This document shows, one piece after another, positions 23,536-36,205 of a DNA stretch of 64,000 nucleotides. The notes beneath the pieces were generated by a model, which was not told the DNA's origin, did no database searches, and worked only from the letters and a program-made list of their open reading frames with translations. How positions within the stretch are numbered: the first letter of the stretch is position 1; each line of letters starts with the position of its first letter. Source of the DNA: Geosiphon pyriformis uo1 (Eukaryota; Fungi; Glomeromycota); contig JAAOMT010000193.1 in NCBI GenBank assembly GCA_016748015.1, positions 124,001 to 188,000 of the forward strand, read 5' to 3'. The position numbers and the translations under genes are program-made.

Positions 23536-25730
23536 AGCTTCTTTTTTTTGCACAGCCAAATCAAGACTTAATGATCTGTTATTACTAAAAATTTTGCACC
23601 AAGAAAATATTGATCCCAGTAGTTGGTAGTCTAAACTACTGCTAAAGCATTCCTGTTCAGTAACTGAATAGTTTTTTTCTGCTGATGTGAAGAATCTACT
23701 GGCATATGCTATAATATGTTCTCTGCCATTTTCATTTTTTTGTGAAAAAACAGCACCAAGTCTATAACCAGATGCATCAGTGTAGAGAATAAAAAATTGG
23801 TCCAGATCAGGTTGTTTAAGAATTGGTTCAGTAACAAGTTTTTCCTTCAGAAATTCAAAAGCTTTTTATTGATGAATGCCTCAGTGATAATTGACATTTT
23901 TTTTGAGTAGTTGATTAAGAGGAAAGGCAATTTTGGAGAAATTCTTGACAAATTTGTGATAGTAAGAGACCAAACCAAGAAAAGAGTGTAGTTTAGAAAC
24001 ATTCATTGGTTGTCTAATGTTTTGAACTTTTTCAACTTTAGCTGGGTCAGGAAAAATTCCATCTTTTGTAACAAGATGACCAAAAAATTGGGTGGATTAG
24101 CATTCAAAGAAAGATTTGATTGGATTGATCTTAAGGCCAGCATTTCTGAGCAGGTCAAAAATCTTCTGTAAATGTTTAAGATATTCATCCTAGGTTTTTG
24201 AGTAAACCATTATATTATCTAAGTAGACCAGAACAAAGTTTTCTTTTACTGATTCAAACACTTTATCTATTAGGCATTAAAAAATGGAAGAAGCATTGGT
24301 GAGACCAAAAGGCATGATTGTGAATTAATAGGTGCCATACTTGGTGATGAAAGCAGTTTTTTTTCTGCTTTCTGGATCTATTTTTACTTGCCAGAATTCA
24401 GCAGTTAAGTCAATAGTTGAGAAAAAAGCAGCACCATTGAATTTATCTAGCATTGCATTAATCTTGGGAAGTGGGTATATATCTCTTATAGTGATGGCAT
24501 TTAATTGGCAGTAGTCAACACAAAAGCATAGGGTTCCACCTTTCTTGGATACTACTACAACTAAGAAACCCCATTTACTCTTGATTTTTTGTATGAATCC
24601 AAGATCTTTCATCTGGTTTATCTCTTTCTTGATAAATTCATTATTGTGTTGATTGGATTAATAAGACTTCAAATAGATGGGACAAGTTTCTTTTGTGGTG
24701 ATAGTGTGTTGTATCACATTAGTTCATCCAGGGGTATTATCTTCTTTTGAGATAACTGGGCTATTCCTAGCCAACAGATTTTCAATGTTCACTTTTCTTT
24801 CTTCAGAAGAAGATTCTTTCTGTTCTGCAACTAGTGATTGGATTTCAGGTAGTTTACTCTCAAAGGACTTTTGTACTTTTTTTAATTCTTCTCTGAATAT
24901 CAAACTAATTGGTTCCCAATTTTTGTAATAAATTAGACAGGATTTGCATTTATTACTTGGTGAATACAAAGGTTTATTACACCAGTACCATGCATAAGAG
25001 CCATGCCACCAATAACTGTATTTTGCTTTCTTGCTAGGTTTTTTGTCAAAGGTTCTTCTGAGAATATTATATTAGGACCAGCAGATCAGCTTATCATTTA
25101 CTATGATTTCTTCTTTGTCAGCTTTAATATTATCCAGTGGCTTGCCATTGCTGGTAAAGATGATATAGACAAATTCAACAGTTTTTTTTTGTTCTTCTTG
25201 ATCTTCATCATCACTCTCATCATTATCTGATTCATTTGATTGTTTTTCTTCTTGGTTTTGCTTGGGTACTGAAGAAGTTGTCCAATAATGGCATTTAATT
25301 ACAATGGGCTTTTTACCATATCTGATGGTTAGTTTGCAAAGTTCATAGTTAAGTAGTGCTTTGGCTTTCTTAAGCCACTCATTGCCAACAATTATAGTGT
25401 ACTCTTTTGCTTCAGATACTTTCATATTAATTTCAATGCTGATATCATTGATGTGAACAGGAATAGCTTTGACTATGCCCAGGTCTTTCTTTTTGTTACC
25501 ATATATGTTGGTTATTGGTCTTGTGGAAGGCTCATCAATTTTTCTGCCAATTGCTTCAAGAAAGTGTTTGGCAATTACACTAACAGATGATCCACTATCT
25601 AGGATCAGATCAATAAAGTAACCAGCCACTTGGGTTTTACAAATCAGAGAGGTAACATTGCTGTTATCAGCAAATCCAGTTTGGCAAAGACATTTGTTGG
25701 TTTTTGGTGTTTTCTTTTTTGGTATCAATG
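23536..25730 (-). pseudogene. pol: C1 protease, short Cys motif, RT and RNase H N-terminal part
   Basis: LILDSGSSVSVI, IIVGNEWL, CNKPLYSPSNKCKSC, FCVDY, YPLPKI, YLDN, LYTDASG, IAYASR. Confidence 0.9.
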
Positions 25731-26199
25731 ATTTGTGAAAATTTTTTCTGAACTATGAATGGGTCATTAGTTGGCCAAATGTAATGTGTGCGGGGGTTTT
25801 CATGAGATCTTTAACAACAGAATAGAGACCAGATTTTTGTACTATTTCTGAAAATTCCAACTTTGGAAGATTTTTAAAAACTTTAGCCTTTGGTGACTTA
25901 TTGTTATCAGCAATTAATGTGGAGGCTTTTTTTGGATCTAGAACGAAATCAACCTTGGCTTTCTTCTTTTTTCTTGTTGATTCAGAAGTGTTAATTGCTA
26001 ATTCATCTATGTCATGATTATCATCAGTTAGGTTAAAAGCATAAAAAGAGTTTTTTTCTGGTTGGCTTGCACTCTTACTCTTTGGAGATGTGCCTACCAG
26101 TTTAAAGGCTGATAAACAGTAGCTTCAACTAAGAGATCCTCTCCAAAGAAATTGATGTTGGCATAATTGGGTTTTTAATTGGAAACATTATTATTGTTG

Positions 26200-27645
26200 G
26201 GTTTGTTATTCTGGGTGTCATTATTTCTAGAAGCTGGAGGGGGCAATAGAGAATTGTTGCAGTTTCTGGAAAAGTGTTCAGTTAGTTTACAGTGATAGCA
26301 CACAGGTGGGCCACAATTTTGTTGTCTTTGATATAGTAGTTGTTAGGGCTGATTAAAGCGGGATTCAAATCTGGGTTTTTGGAATTGCTGGTTGTTTTTG
26401 ACTGCTTGGGTTAATGGTTCTAATAGTCAAGCAAAATTAGTAGTAAGTCTGTCTATTAATTGTTTATTAGGGTCTTGAGTATGAGTGGCAAAAAAGGAGC
26501 AGCCATTTGTAGAGCTAGAACCATGGCAGGAGCAGGAGCAAAAACTGAAAGTATGGATTCCAAATGCATTCTTTGGTTATCTTCAATTTTTTGTGTCAGT
26601 TCAATAGCCATGTCCATTGTTGGGTTGTTTTTTAAAGTCAAGAAAGACCAATGAGCATACAATAGATCAGTTCTTAATCCTTTTGTAAAGGAATAGATTT
26701 TTTGCTCTTCTGTCCAATTTTTCCTGGAGTCTACACATTTGATTAGCTTTCTGATAGCTTTGGCATATTTAGTCACTATTTTTTTAGGGCCTTGGATTCT
26801 TTTTTCCAATTCCATGTGCCATTTGGATATTAATATTGGGGTTTAAACTTGGTCTCAAACTGAATAATGAAAGAGGTATTTTCTTCTCTAGCATTGGTTA
26901 GTGTTTATCTGATTATTCAGTGTTGAGCATTGGCATCTGTTTTTTGTAAGAACCAGGTAGTGAAAGAGCCTTGGAGATAGCCACCAATGATTTAGAACTT
27001 GTATTCTTCATCATATTGGTTGGCTGTGGCAGCTCTCTTAAAATCATCTAACCATTCAATTGGATTTTGTGTATTATCTTTAAATAGTGTTAGTGGGATA
27101 TTGTTTTTTCTTCCTAGAGCAGTTTGTATACTTTAGAGGGTGGCCAGAATGTTTGCTTACATGAGATCATTAGCCATTGGTTCAAGGGTAACTGTTTGTG
27201 TAGATAAATCTGATTTGCTTAATAAAAGGTCAAAAACAGAGGCAGTTTGGTAGCTTTTTTCTTCTGTTTCAAAGAGAGTTTCAGTTGCTTAATGGGCAGC
27301 AATTCAAATGTGGATTTAATGATTCAGATATTCGAAATCAGAAGACTGTTGTTCAAAGGTTGTGGAGTATAAAAGTTGATTGATGCTGTTGTTTCTTTCT
27401 TCAAAGTTGTCTTTAAAATAAGCTTGATCAAAGTAATAAGTTGTATAGGCTGTATAGATTTCAGCTAAATGCTCATTTAGGAACCAGTTCCAAAAATCTT
27501 GGAATTGTTTACTGGATTGATCTTCAATGGAGAAGCAAATCAAGCAGAAGGGCAAAGGATTGAGTTTAATAAAGTCTAGATTGTTTTTGTTGTATGCTTC
27601 AAAGTGTTTTTCTGATTGTTGTGGCAGGTATGAATAATCACCCAT
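26200..27645 (-). pseudogene. gag: C1 Gag
   Basis: NPIEWLD, FTKGLRTDL, knuckle CYHCKLTEHFSRNC. Confidence 0.85.
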
Positions 27646-27673
27646 ACAATAGAAAACAAAGAAGATTTTGACA

Positions 27674-27691
27674 ACCTTACAGAAAGCACCA
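27674..27691 (-). promoter_or_regulatory. C1 primer-binding site
   Basis: TGGTGCTTTCTGTAAGG, 6 nt from the LTR; decayed version of the family B PBS. Confidence 0.7.
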
Positions 27692-27697
27692 CTTTTA

Positions 27698-28347
27698 TGT
27701 TATGAGTTGGAGTAACAAGCTAACAGATAGCAAAGGAGAACAGGATTGTAGAGTGATAAAAGGAATCAAAAAGAACTTCAAAGAGTGAATTAAATAAGTA
27801 TGGATTCAATGTGCAAGATCAGTCTCATAAAATATTTCAGTCGCTATACTTTTCAAAAGATAACCAGAAATCTGAAGGTAGAGAAATAGTCCATACTGTC
27901 AACAAATGATCATGCCTGATATAATTCTATGTCTCACATTGGTGTTCTTAGAATTCAATATTAAGTATCAGATGTACTCTTCAATCATGTTTTATTTAAT
28001 AATCTTCAAATGCTGCAATTATATGTTTTAGAAAAAGGGTAAAGAATAACCAACAAGTGATCTTTTATCTTTAAGATGTTCAGATACTTGAAAGTAGGAA
28101 AAAAGAAATTAGCAATAAAAAAGAGATTGGAATAAAAGTTGTTATTTTATTTATTTGATTTTCTTGATTTCTTTATGCTTTTCTACAGCTAAGAAATTCA
28201 TCATTTATATAGCTATCAAAAGTGATCAATGATCAGGTCAACAGTCAGGTCATTAATCACTTTCTAAAAATAGAATGGCTAATTTATATGACATCAGTGG
28301 CTAATACATGTAATAATTAATAAGAAATATAAGTTTTAACCATAATA
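27698..28347 (-). repeat. C1 5' LTR
   Basis: Direct repeat of 3145-3823. Confidence 0.92.
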
Positions 28348-28361
28348 GTATAATTAAATTT

Positions 28362-29128
28362 CATTTATCCTGGTTTTTTTGGCTGATTTTGGCTATTGCT
28401 TCATACAATGTTCTGTTGAATCTTTTAACTAATTCATTTGTTTACAGATAGTATGGTAATGATAATAGTCTTTTGATTCTAAATCTTTGGCTTAATTCTG
28501 CTAATGTTCTATTTACAAAGTGAGTTTCTTGATCAAATAATAATTTTTTTGGACATCTGTATCAACAGATCAAATCCTAATGAATGAATTTGGCAATAGA
28601 TTCTGCATCTGCTCTTTGAATGGCTTTTGCTTCTGGTTATTTTGTAAGATAATCCATGGCTACTGCAATATATTTGTTGCTTTTGCTGTTAATTGTTAAT
28701 AATTTGACTAAGTCAATTCTAATATGATTAAATGGTTGTCCTACTTTGATTGGTCTTAATAATTCACTGAGTTTTGTTCCATCTTTTCTTTAACAAGCAT
28801 CACAATTTTGGACATATTGTATAATGTCCAGATACATTGATGGCCAATAGTATTTTTTTCTGATTTTTTTTATGGTTGCTTCTTTATGAAAATGTTCTGT
28901 TGTTGGATTTGAGTGCATTTTGAATAATATTGTCTCTTTTTCTGATTCTGTAATTACTCTGGTTGGTTGGTTTGGATCTTTTCTGTTTTTTTGGTAAAGT
29001 ATATTTTGGTAGTTGATAAAATATTTTGATTGTTGCTTTATGTTGTTTTGTTCCTTTTGGGATAATTTCTTCTTGAACAATTGGATATTTATATAATATT
29101 GGAGTTGTTGGTATTTTTGTATATTTAT
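28362..29128 (-). pseudogene. B1 integrase N-terminal and core part
   Basis: MHSNPTTEHFH…CDAC, IRIDLV, DQETHF, NELVKRFN. Confidence 0.88.
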
Positions 29129-29157
29129 ATTTTGTTATATTTTGGATTGAAATGTTT

Positions 29158-32100
29158 TTAGATTTGTCTCATTTGTGACAGACCATCAGCATTTTCGTTG
29201 TCTTTTCCTTTTTTATAGTGTACTGTATAATTAAATGGTGAGAGTTCTATTTTCTATCTGACATGGTAATTATCTGCAAATTTTTGTTTCTGGATTAAAG
29301 TTAATCCTTTGTGATTAGTGTACACATTAAACTTTTGACTCAAGTATTCTTTTTATTTGATAACAACCCAATAGATAGGTAAATGTTCTAGTATTAGAGT
29401 TCTATAGTTTTTTTCAACTGAACTTAAGCTTCTACTGGTTTAAGCTACTGGATGTTCTCTTCCATTTGGTCTTTTCTGTGATAGTACTGCTTCCAATGCT
29501 TGACCAAATGCATCAGTTGTGATTATAAATGGCTTGCTATGATCAAGATAGATTAGTACTGGAGCTTAAATAAGATTTCTTCTTAATATATCAAAAGCTT
29601 CTTGCTGAGTTTCTGTCTATTCATATTTGGTGTTTTTTGTTTGGAGTTGGTATAGTGATTGAGCTATTTTGGAAAAGTTCTTGATAAAGTGGCAGTAGTA
29701 TTCAGCAAATCCCAAGAATGTTCTCAATTCTGTGAAATTATTTGGTACTAAAAAGTTCTTAACAATCTCAATCTTGTTTGGATCTATTTTGATTCCATTT
29801 TTGCTTATAATATGTCCTAAAAACTTAAGTTCAGTTTTTCCAAAGAAACATTTGGTTGTATTTAACTTTAATCCAGCTTTTCTTAGTCTTTTGAACACTT
29901 GTTGGAGATGATGCAGATAATTATTAAATGTTTTTGAGAACACATTGGTATCATCCAAGTATATAACTACTGATTTCTATAGTAACTCAATATAAACAAT
30001 TTCTATAAGTTGCTGGAAAGTGGCTGGAGCATTCATCAAACCAAATGGCATAATCTTGAATTCAAAATTCCCTTCCCATGTTGTAAAAGCTATTTTCTCT
30101 TTATTTTCCAGTTTCATGGCTATCTGTTAGTAATCATTGTCTAAGTCTAATGTTAAAAACCATTTTTTTCTTCCAAAAGCATCAAAAAGTTCTTGGATTT
30201 TTGGAGTTGGGTAGCTGTTTCCTTTTGTTACTCCATTTAATTTCTGATAATCCACACAAAAGCAGATTTTTCTATTCTTTTTATAGACTAATACCACTGG
30301 TGATGACCATGGACTCATTGATGACTGAATTAGCCCATTGTCAAGTATCCAATTGATTTCTTGACAAATGATCTCATGGCTGGCTGGTGGTACTTTGTAT
30401 GTTCTCTGTTTAATTGGCATTGCATTTTCAGTCTTGATTTGATGTTGAATAATATCAGTTCTGCCAAATTTGTTTTTGCTGGCAAAGATGTTGTTGAAAT
30501 TGTTGAGTAATATTTTGAGCTGCATATACTGTAGTAGATCTAAGTTTCCCATGTTCATTTGTTCCAATTGTTCTGGTTGAAGCAGATAACATTCTTCTCA
30601 TCCATAGATTGTTTGTAATATAATATCCACATATTCACACAATTGTAGAAAATCTAAAATAGTATCTGGTAGTTGATCTTCAATTTTAGTGGTTAAATGT
30701 CCAATAGTGGTTTCTTTTAGTATTTCTATGATCTCTTTTGTGTTGTTGTAAATGAAAATTTTTATGTGGCTGTGGTTCTTGGTTGGTATGTGTAAATTGA
30801 CTAATCCAATTTTTTTTGATTCACAAAGTGTTGCTTCTGCTTCAAAAATCTGTACTTGATCCTTTACTTTTCTCTTTATAACTACCATGTACTGGTCATA
30901 TAGTAGAATAGAAATTGGTTGACAGGTGGAGATAATTTCTCTCTTGTCAACAATTTTTTCCTTTGCCATATTAACTAATACATCTATTCTATCTGTAGAT
31001 CCAAATTTTTGTATTCCTCTAACAGTAATTCTTAATTTTTCTCTGTTTCCCATTAATACTAATTGAGCTAATTTTACCAGAGGCAGAAATATTGCCTGTG
31101 CTATCTTTTTGTTTAGTTCTATAATATAGGCTTTTTCTGAGTCATTTTGTAACATAGCAATAATATTTCCTACATATCCTGTGTCAATTATCCCTCCTTT
31201 GATGTTGATTTCTTTTTTCGCTAAACTACTCCTGGATGCTAGTTGAACTATTGTTGTTGCTAGAATTTTCAGTGCTAATTTGAGATCAATGTATGTGTGC
31301 AAATGTGGTTCCAATTTGATAGTGTTTTTCCCTGGATATCTTAAATCAAATCCTGCATCAGTATTATGTGCACATTCTAACATAATACTTTCATTATTAT
31401 CACTAAATCATCTGAGTTCCTGCTTCTTAAAAAGATCAGAAAGTGCAATATATGTTTCAGAGTTTGAATTGGAGTCCAAATTGTTATTAATTTTGTTGCC
31501 ATATTGAATGGAACTAGAACCATTGTTTTTGTCATTGTCATTGTTGGAGTTTGAATTAAGATTGAAATCTGATTCTGATGCACAGTTGTTGATTGGTTTT
31601 CCCTCTTCTAAGATCATGTAGATCATGTGTGTTGGTGGATTGTAAATGAGATCACACTCATTACAATATTGAAAGTCACAGGAAATTAAGCAATGTTGAC
31701 ATAATTGAGTATTCAATTGCTCTAAATGCTGCTTTTGTTCTTCCTTAGTGAGTGTTAATTGTTGGTAATATTTATAGAATTCTTCTGGATTGTCTTCAAT
31801 GTTACCAAAAACATCAAAGGTAAAGATGTATTCAGATTCAGGCAGTAAAAGTGGGTTATTCTTAATTTCTAATAACTTGCTGGTAGTGGCATCTTTTGCT
31901 TTCACACTTGCCATTCTCCAGATTTTATGTTTGTCATAAAAATATTTTTCCAACTGTCGCAATACTTTTTTCCAGGCATTATCAATTGAAGTTCCTTTAC
32001 ATACCCAGTTATTTATCAGAATGGTATACTGGCATGTCTTGTTACATGTTTCTCTTCATCCAGGAATGTCATTCCACATTTCTTCATTGGACAGAATAGT

Positions 32101-34383
32101 TTCACATGTGAGACAAGATTCATTATCCTATTTTCCTTGTTTTTTTGGGTATTCAAACTGTTTTATAATGCATGGGTGACAATAAAACTTTGTTGTGGTG
32201 GAGTATTCCTTGTTATCGCCACAGCATATGTCTATTGATGACAATTTTTTGTCACAATCTACACATACTAATTTCAGTTAGCGATAGTTAGATGGCGATA
32301 GTGAAGAGTAAGTGTATGGGCTATAAGTGGTGGTTAGTGTTGGACTTTTTTTCTCTTCTTTCTTTTTTTCCTTATTGTTATCTTTTTTTTACTCCCAAGT
32401 TGTTAATTTGTTCTAATTGTTATTGGTTACCCAGGCTTGGTCAACATTCCAAGTAGGTTCTTCCTTTCATTTTCTTTTTCCCTTGTTGTTCTAAGAAAGT
32501 ATCAGTAGTAGCTTATTGTGATCTTTGTTGGCTCAAGACACTTGATAGGCTTCCCAGATAGGTTTCTCTTTTTCTTCCTCAAATTCTATCAGTAGTACTG
32601 GTGGGTTGTTGGTTTTGAAGTGATCACACATGGCTGGTACTCATGTGTATTGGCCGTTTTGGCTAAGTTGAAACTCCTGTATTGTCCAATCAAGTATAAC
32701 ATTGGTTTTAGATAATCAGTCATTTCTTACCAATGCCTAATATTGAGTTGCTTCCATCACTAAGACTTTGGTAAGAATGATGATGTCATTGACTTCAAAA
32801 AGGAAGTCATCAATTTCACCAATAGGGGTTTTGGTTGTCCCATCAGCAATAATTATGCGAGCATTGGCAGCACAATTAACTCAGCAACTTAATTGGTCTA
32901 TGAATTGTCTTGTGATGATACTACTAGTGAATTTACTGTCTAAGATCAGTTTAATGAAGTGTCCATCTACTTTGGCATCAGTGTACATTATGGTTATAGA
33001 TTTAGTGTTCAATATGGCTCCACTAAATAATGGAACTGGAGTTGTTTCTTTGAGTTCAAAGGGAAATATGACAATAAAAGTTTTGTCTTCGGTGCTGGTT
33101 ACAGGTGAAATATTATTGGTAAGTGTTGGTTGTTAGTTGGTTTTCAGATTATTGGGTTGAGCATCTTCTGGAGTAACCAGAAGACTTAAATAGTGTTGGG
33201 AATTTGGGTTTTGAATGTGCCCAGTTCCCAAATTCTGAGAATGTGATCCTGTTGGTTGGTGAAAGGAGCTGGAGATTGGTTGGTAAACAACTATTGCTAA
33301 TCTTCAATTTTGAGTAACTTTCAATCTAGGGTTTCCTGATGTTATTTGAGCTGGATTTAATAGCAGTATTTGAATTGCAGGTGTCTGATAAATTATTTGT
33401 GGCTGTGGTGATTGATATATTGTTGGTGGCTGTGGTTAATAAACTGAAGTTTGATATACAGGTGGTTAATATATTGGCTGTTGTATCATTGACAGATAAG
33501 TTGGTTAATATGATGCTGGGTTGAGTTGGTAACTTAGAGTTAGAAACTGGTGATCAGAATTTTGATATTGATTTCTTAATCATTGGTTATCTATTCTTAA
33601 CCTGCAGTCAATCCTCAAATGTTCTTGTTTACCACAGTAGTGGCAAACACATGTCTCCTACTGCCATTGTTGATTGGTCAAGGATGACAAACATGACTAA
33701 TTCTGGAAATGATTTGCGTTTTTTTGATTATTGCATCATTGTGGAGGTTGATAAATTGCCTGATTGTTAGCTAAGTATTTCTCTAATTTTTGGTTAATAG
33801 AATCACTGAATTGTTTCAACTTAGAATTCAATTTAGATGATCCATTCATCACTAGATTGATGGCTTAAGCATGGTTAACTTCAAGTTCAGCTGCTTCAAA
33901 GTCTCTGGTATTCATAACAGTGACTTGAAGATCTACTAGATGCATTCGACAGATGCATTGAAGGATGCTACTGTGCAGTCCATGGATAAACTGGTTTAGA
34001 ATTTGAGGTGCTGTAAAATAGTCAGCTTGGATTGCTTAGATTTGATGCAAGTTCCTGTGAAAATGTCCCAAGTAAGTGATAACTGCTTCCATTTCTCTTT
34101 GTTTAATTGTAATGAAAGTGTTGGCTAAGTGATTAATACTGTTGTTATTACTGAAATATCCTAAGAATACAACTTTAAATTCTTGGAATGTTTGAGGTTT
34201 GGCAGCTAAACTTTGATACCACAAGTTAGCAGTATTCTACAAGAAATAGAGAATAACTTGGAGTGCTCTGGCATTGTTCCATCTATTGGCTGTAATGGCC
34301 TTTTCCACATCATTCAGTTACACTTGTGTGTCATTTTTTTCTCCTGTGAATTTCTTAAGTTTGGCTATTGGAACATAGGCCAT
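29158..34383 (-). pseudogene. pol: B1 Gag-PR-multiCys-dUTPase-RT-RNase H polyprotein (single frame, many stops)
   Basis: ORF fragments ending at 34224, 31962, 31383, 30567 and 29958 and the RNase H stop all share one frame; CHYCGKQEHLRIDC, LILDS, DAGFDL, GGIIDTGY, intact YLDD. Confidence 0.88.
30985..31390 (-). pseudogene. dut: B1 dUTPase domain
   Basis: TDAGFDL, LASRSSLA, GGIIDTGYVG, KIAQAI, RGIQKFGST. Confidence 0.93.
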
Positions 34384-35393
34384 TGGATCTATATTTGGTT
34401 GTTGTGATAGTTGAAGTGGTAATTGAATTTGGGATTGTGGCAGTGGCTGTTATTGTGGAGCAACTAGTAGTGGGTTAATAACGATTATTGGAGATAAGTG
34501 TTGTTGATTATTAATGTTGGGGTTTCAATTATTCTAATTTTGCTGAGTTTGAAAATTTGGAGTTTTGACTTCCAGATTTTCTAAATTTTGATTTTGCTGA
34601 GTCTAAAAGTTTGGGGTTTCAATGTCCAGGTTTTCCAGAATCAAGTTCTGATAAGTAAATTTTTGATCTTCAGCTTCTTCTTCTTTCTCTTCTTCTGATT
34701 TTGTTATCTCCCAAGAATTCACGTTTCTGAAATCTGGTTGAGGTAGCAGTGATCAAAATCCTGATGACATTGGCAATTGTGATTTAAATTTTTCGAAATA
34801 ATTACTATAGGTTCCTAGTAATTTTGCTTTCTTTTGTTTACTTTGGAATGAGAGTTGTCCAAATGTTGATTGTCACATGTGATATGGACATGCCTGTAGA
34901 TGAGATGTTAATGGTGCTTCCAAATGTATAGTGATATGATGGGTTGGTTGGTAATTCAATCCTAGTTTTCTTCCAAGTGGGTGGTTATATTTTTTTGGGT
35001 ATTACTGCTGGTATTTGCAATTTTCCCTTGTCTTTGTCTGTATAGATGATGGAAAATTATTATTGAGTGTATTTTTTAATGATTTGATTAATTTTTCTGA
35101 TAATTGGCACAAAACTATGCTTTTATGATAAGCTGGTGTGTTGGATTAATTCTGTGTAGAAATTTTCTCTTGCTGATTCAATGTCAACTGGTATTCCTAA
35201 GAAATCTTTGATTCTTTCATTGACATAAAAATTGAAGGCTAATTTTGCTAGATAATAATTGTTGCTTAGTCCTAATTGTTGGCTGTACTATTGGAATAAA
35301 GATTTGGTGAATCCTAAATGGTTTGTTCCTACTATTTCTGTTTCTGCCACTTTTGGAATAGTTGTAGTTGGTGCTGGTTTTCTGTAGAATTAT

Positions 35394-35411
35394 ATCTCAT
35401 AGAGAGCACCA
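35394..35411 (-). promoter_or_regulatory. B1 primer-binding site
   Basis: TGGTGCTCTCTATGAG 2 nt after the LTR. Confidence 0.85.
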
Positions 35412-35413
35412 AA

Positions 35414-36205
35414 TGTTACAGGTGATTATTTGGAATCTCAAAGCAAATAACAAACCCATAACTTGGTGCTTAATTAATTAAATGCTTGAGGATATCTGAA
35501 GATTTTAGTGTCTGAAGATTTTTGGTTGAGTCTTTTGTATAATGAACAGAGATTCAATAGTTGTTTTCAATAGTCTCCCAGAATTGCAATTCCATCAAAT
35601 TTTTTTCTCAGCATGGTGGCTGGTAATCCTCCTGATAAGCTATCCTTAAATCTATAAGTGTTCTATTCTTGTTTTATGGGTCTTTTACCAGTTCTTATGA
35701 CATCTTTTTTTTCAGTGCTTAATTCTTTAATCAATTAGTAAATAACAGCAAAGAAAAAAAATAAAAATAAAAGAAATAAGAAATAAGAAAATAAGCCAAG
35801 GCAATAATAGTTAGTATCCCATCAATAGTCATAATCAAGAGCTATTGTTCCAGTGTGGTTAAGTATCAATTACTATCAACAGAAAGTGTTGATAATAGAG
35901 AGTAGATTTGAGATAGAGAATAATTATTTATTAATAGTTGTGAATGAAAGATTGTTTAGATTAAATCTAAAACTGGGAGGTCTGTCTTTTCTGTTTTTAA
36001 TACTACTGCTATATATACATTATTGAGATTCTTCAATTCCTCAATTTTTTACACCAGGAATTCTGCAATTTCTTATATTAGAATCCTAAAATTTCTGGAA
36101 TCTTGCAATTCTTTTGAGAGGAATTCTGAAATTTCATATTTATTACGGCTACTTCTGATTGGCTAATTTATATGCTAATATACTTCCTATATTCTATAAG
36201 TAACA
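35414..36205 (-). repeat. B1 5' LTR
   Basis: TGTTAC...GTAACA termini, family B sequence. Confidence 0.9.

Larger units (their letters stand above)
3145..28347 (-). mobile_element. Family C Ty3/Gypsy element C1 (two LTRs; hosts D1 and A1; no dUTPase)
   Basis: Matching LTRs 3145-3823 and 27698-28347; RNase H is split at 5979/23536 (…WLCKKKEA | ITYWILYL…); flanks GTAG/GTAT are a possible 4-bp TSD. Confidence 0.88.
28362..36205 (-). mobile_element. Family B element B1 (3'-truncated within integrase), inserted in B2 gag
   Basis: 5' LTR 35414-36205 with PBS; gag-PR-Cys-dUT-RT-RH, then integrase N-terminal half. Confidence 0.9.
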
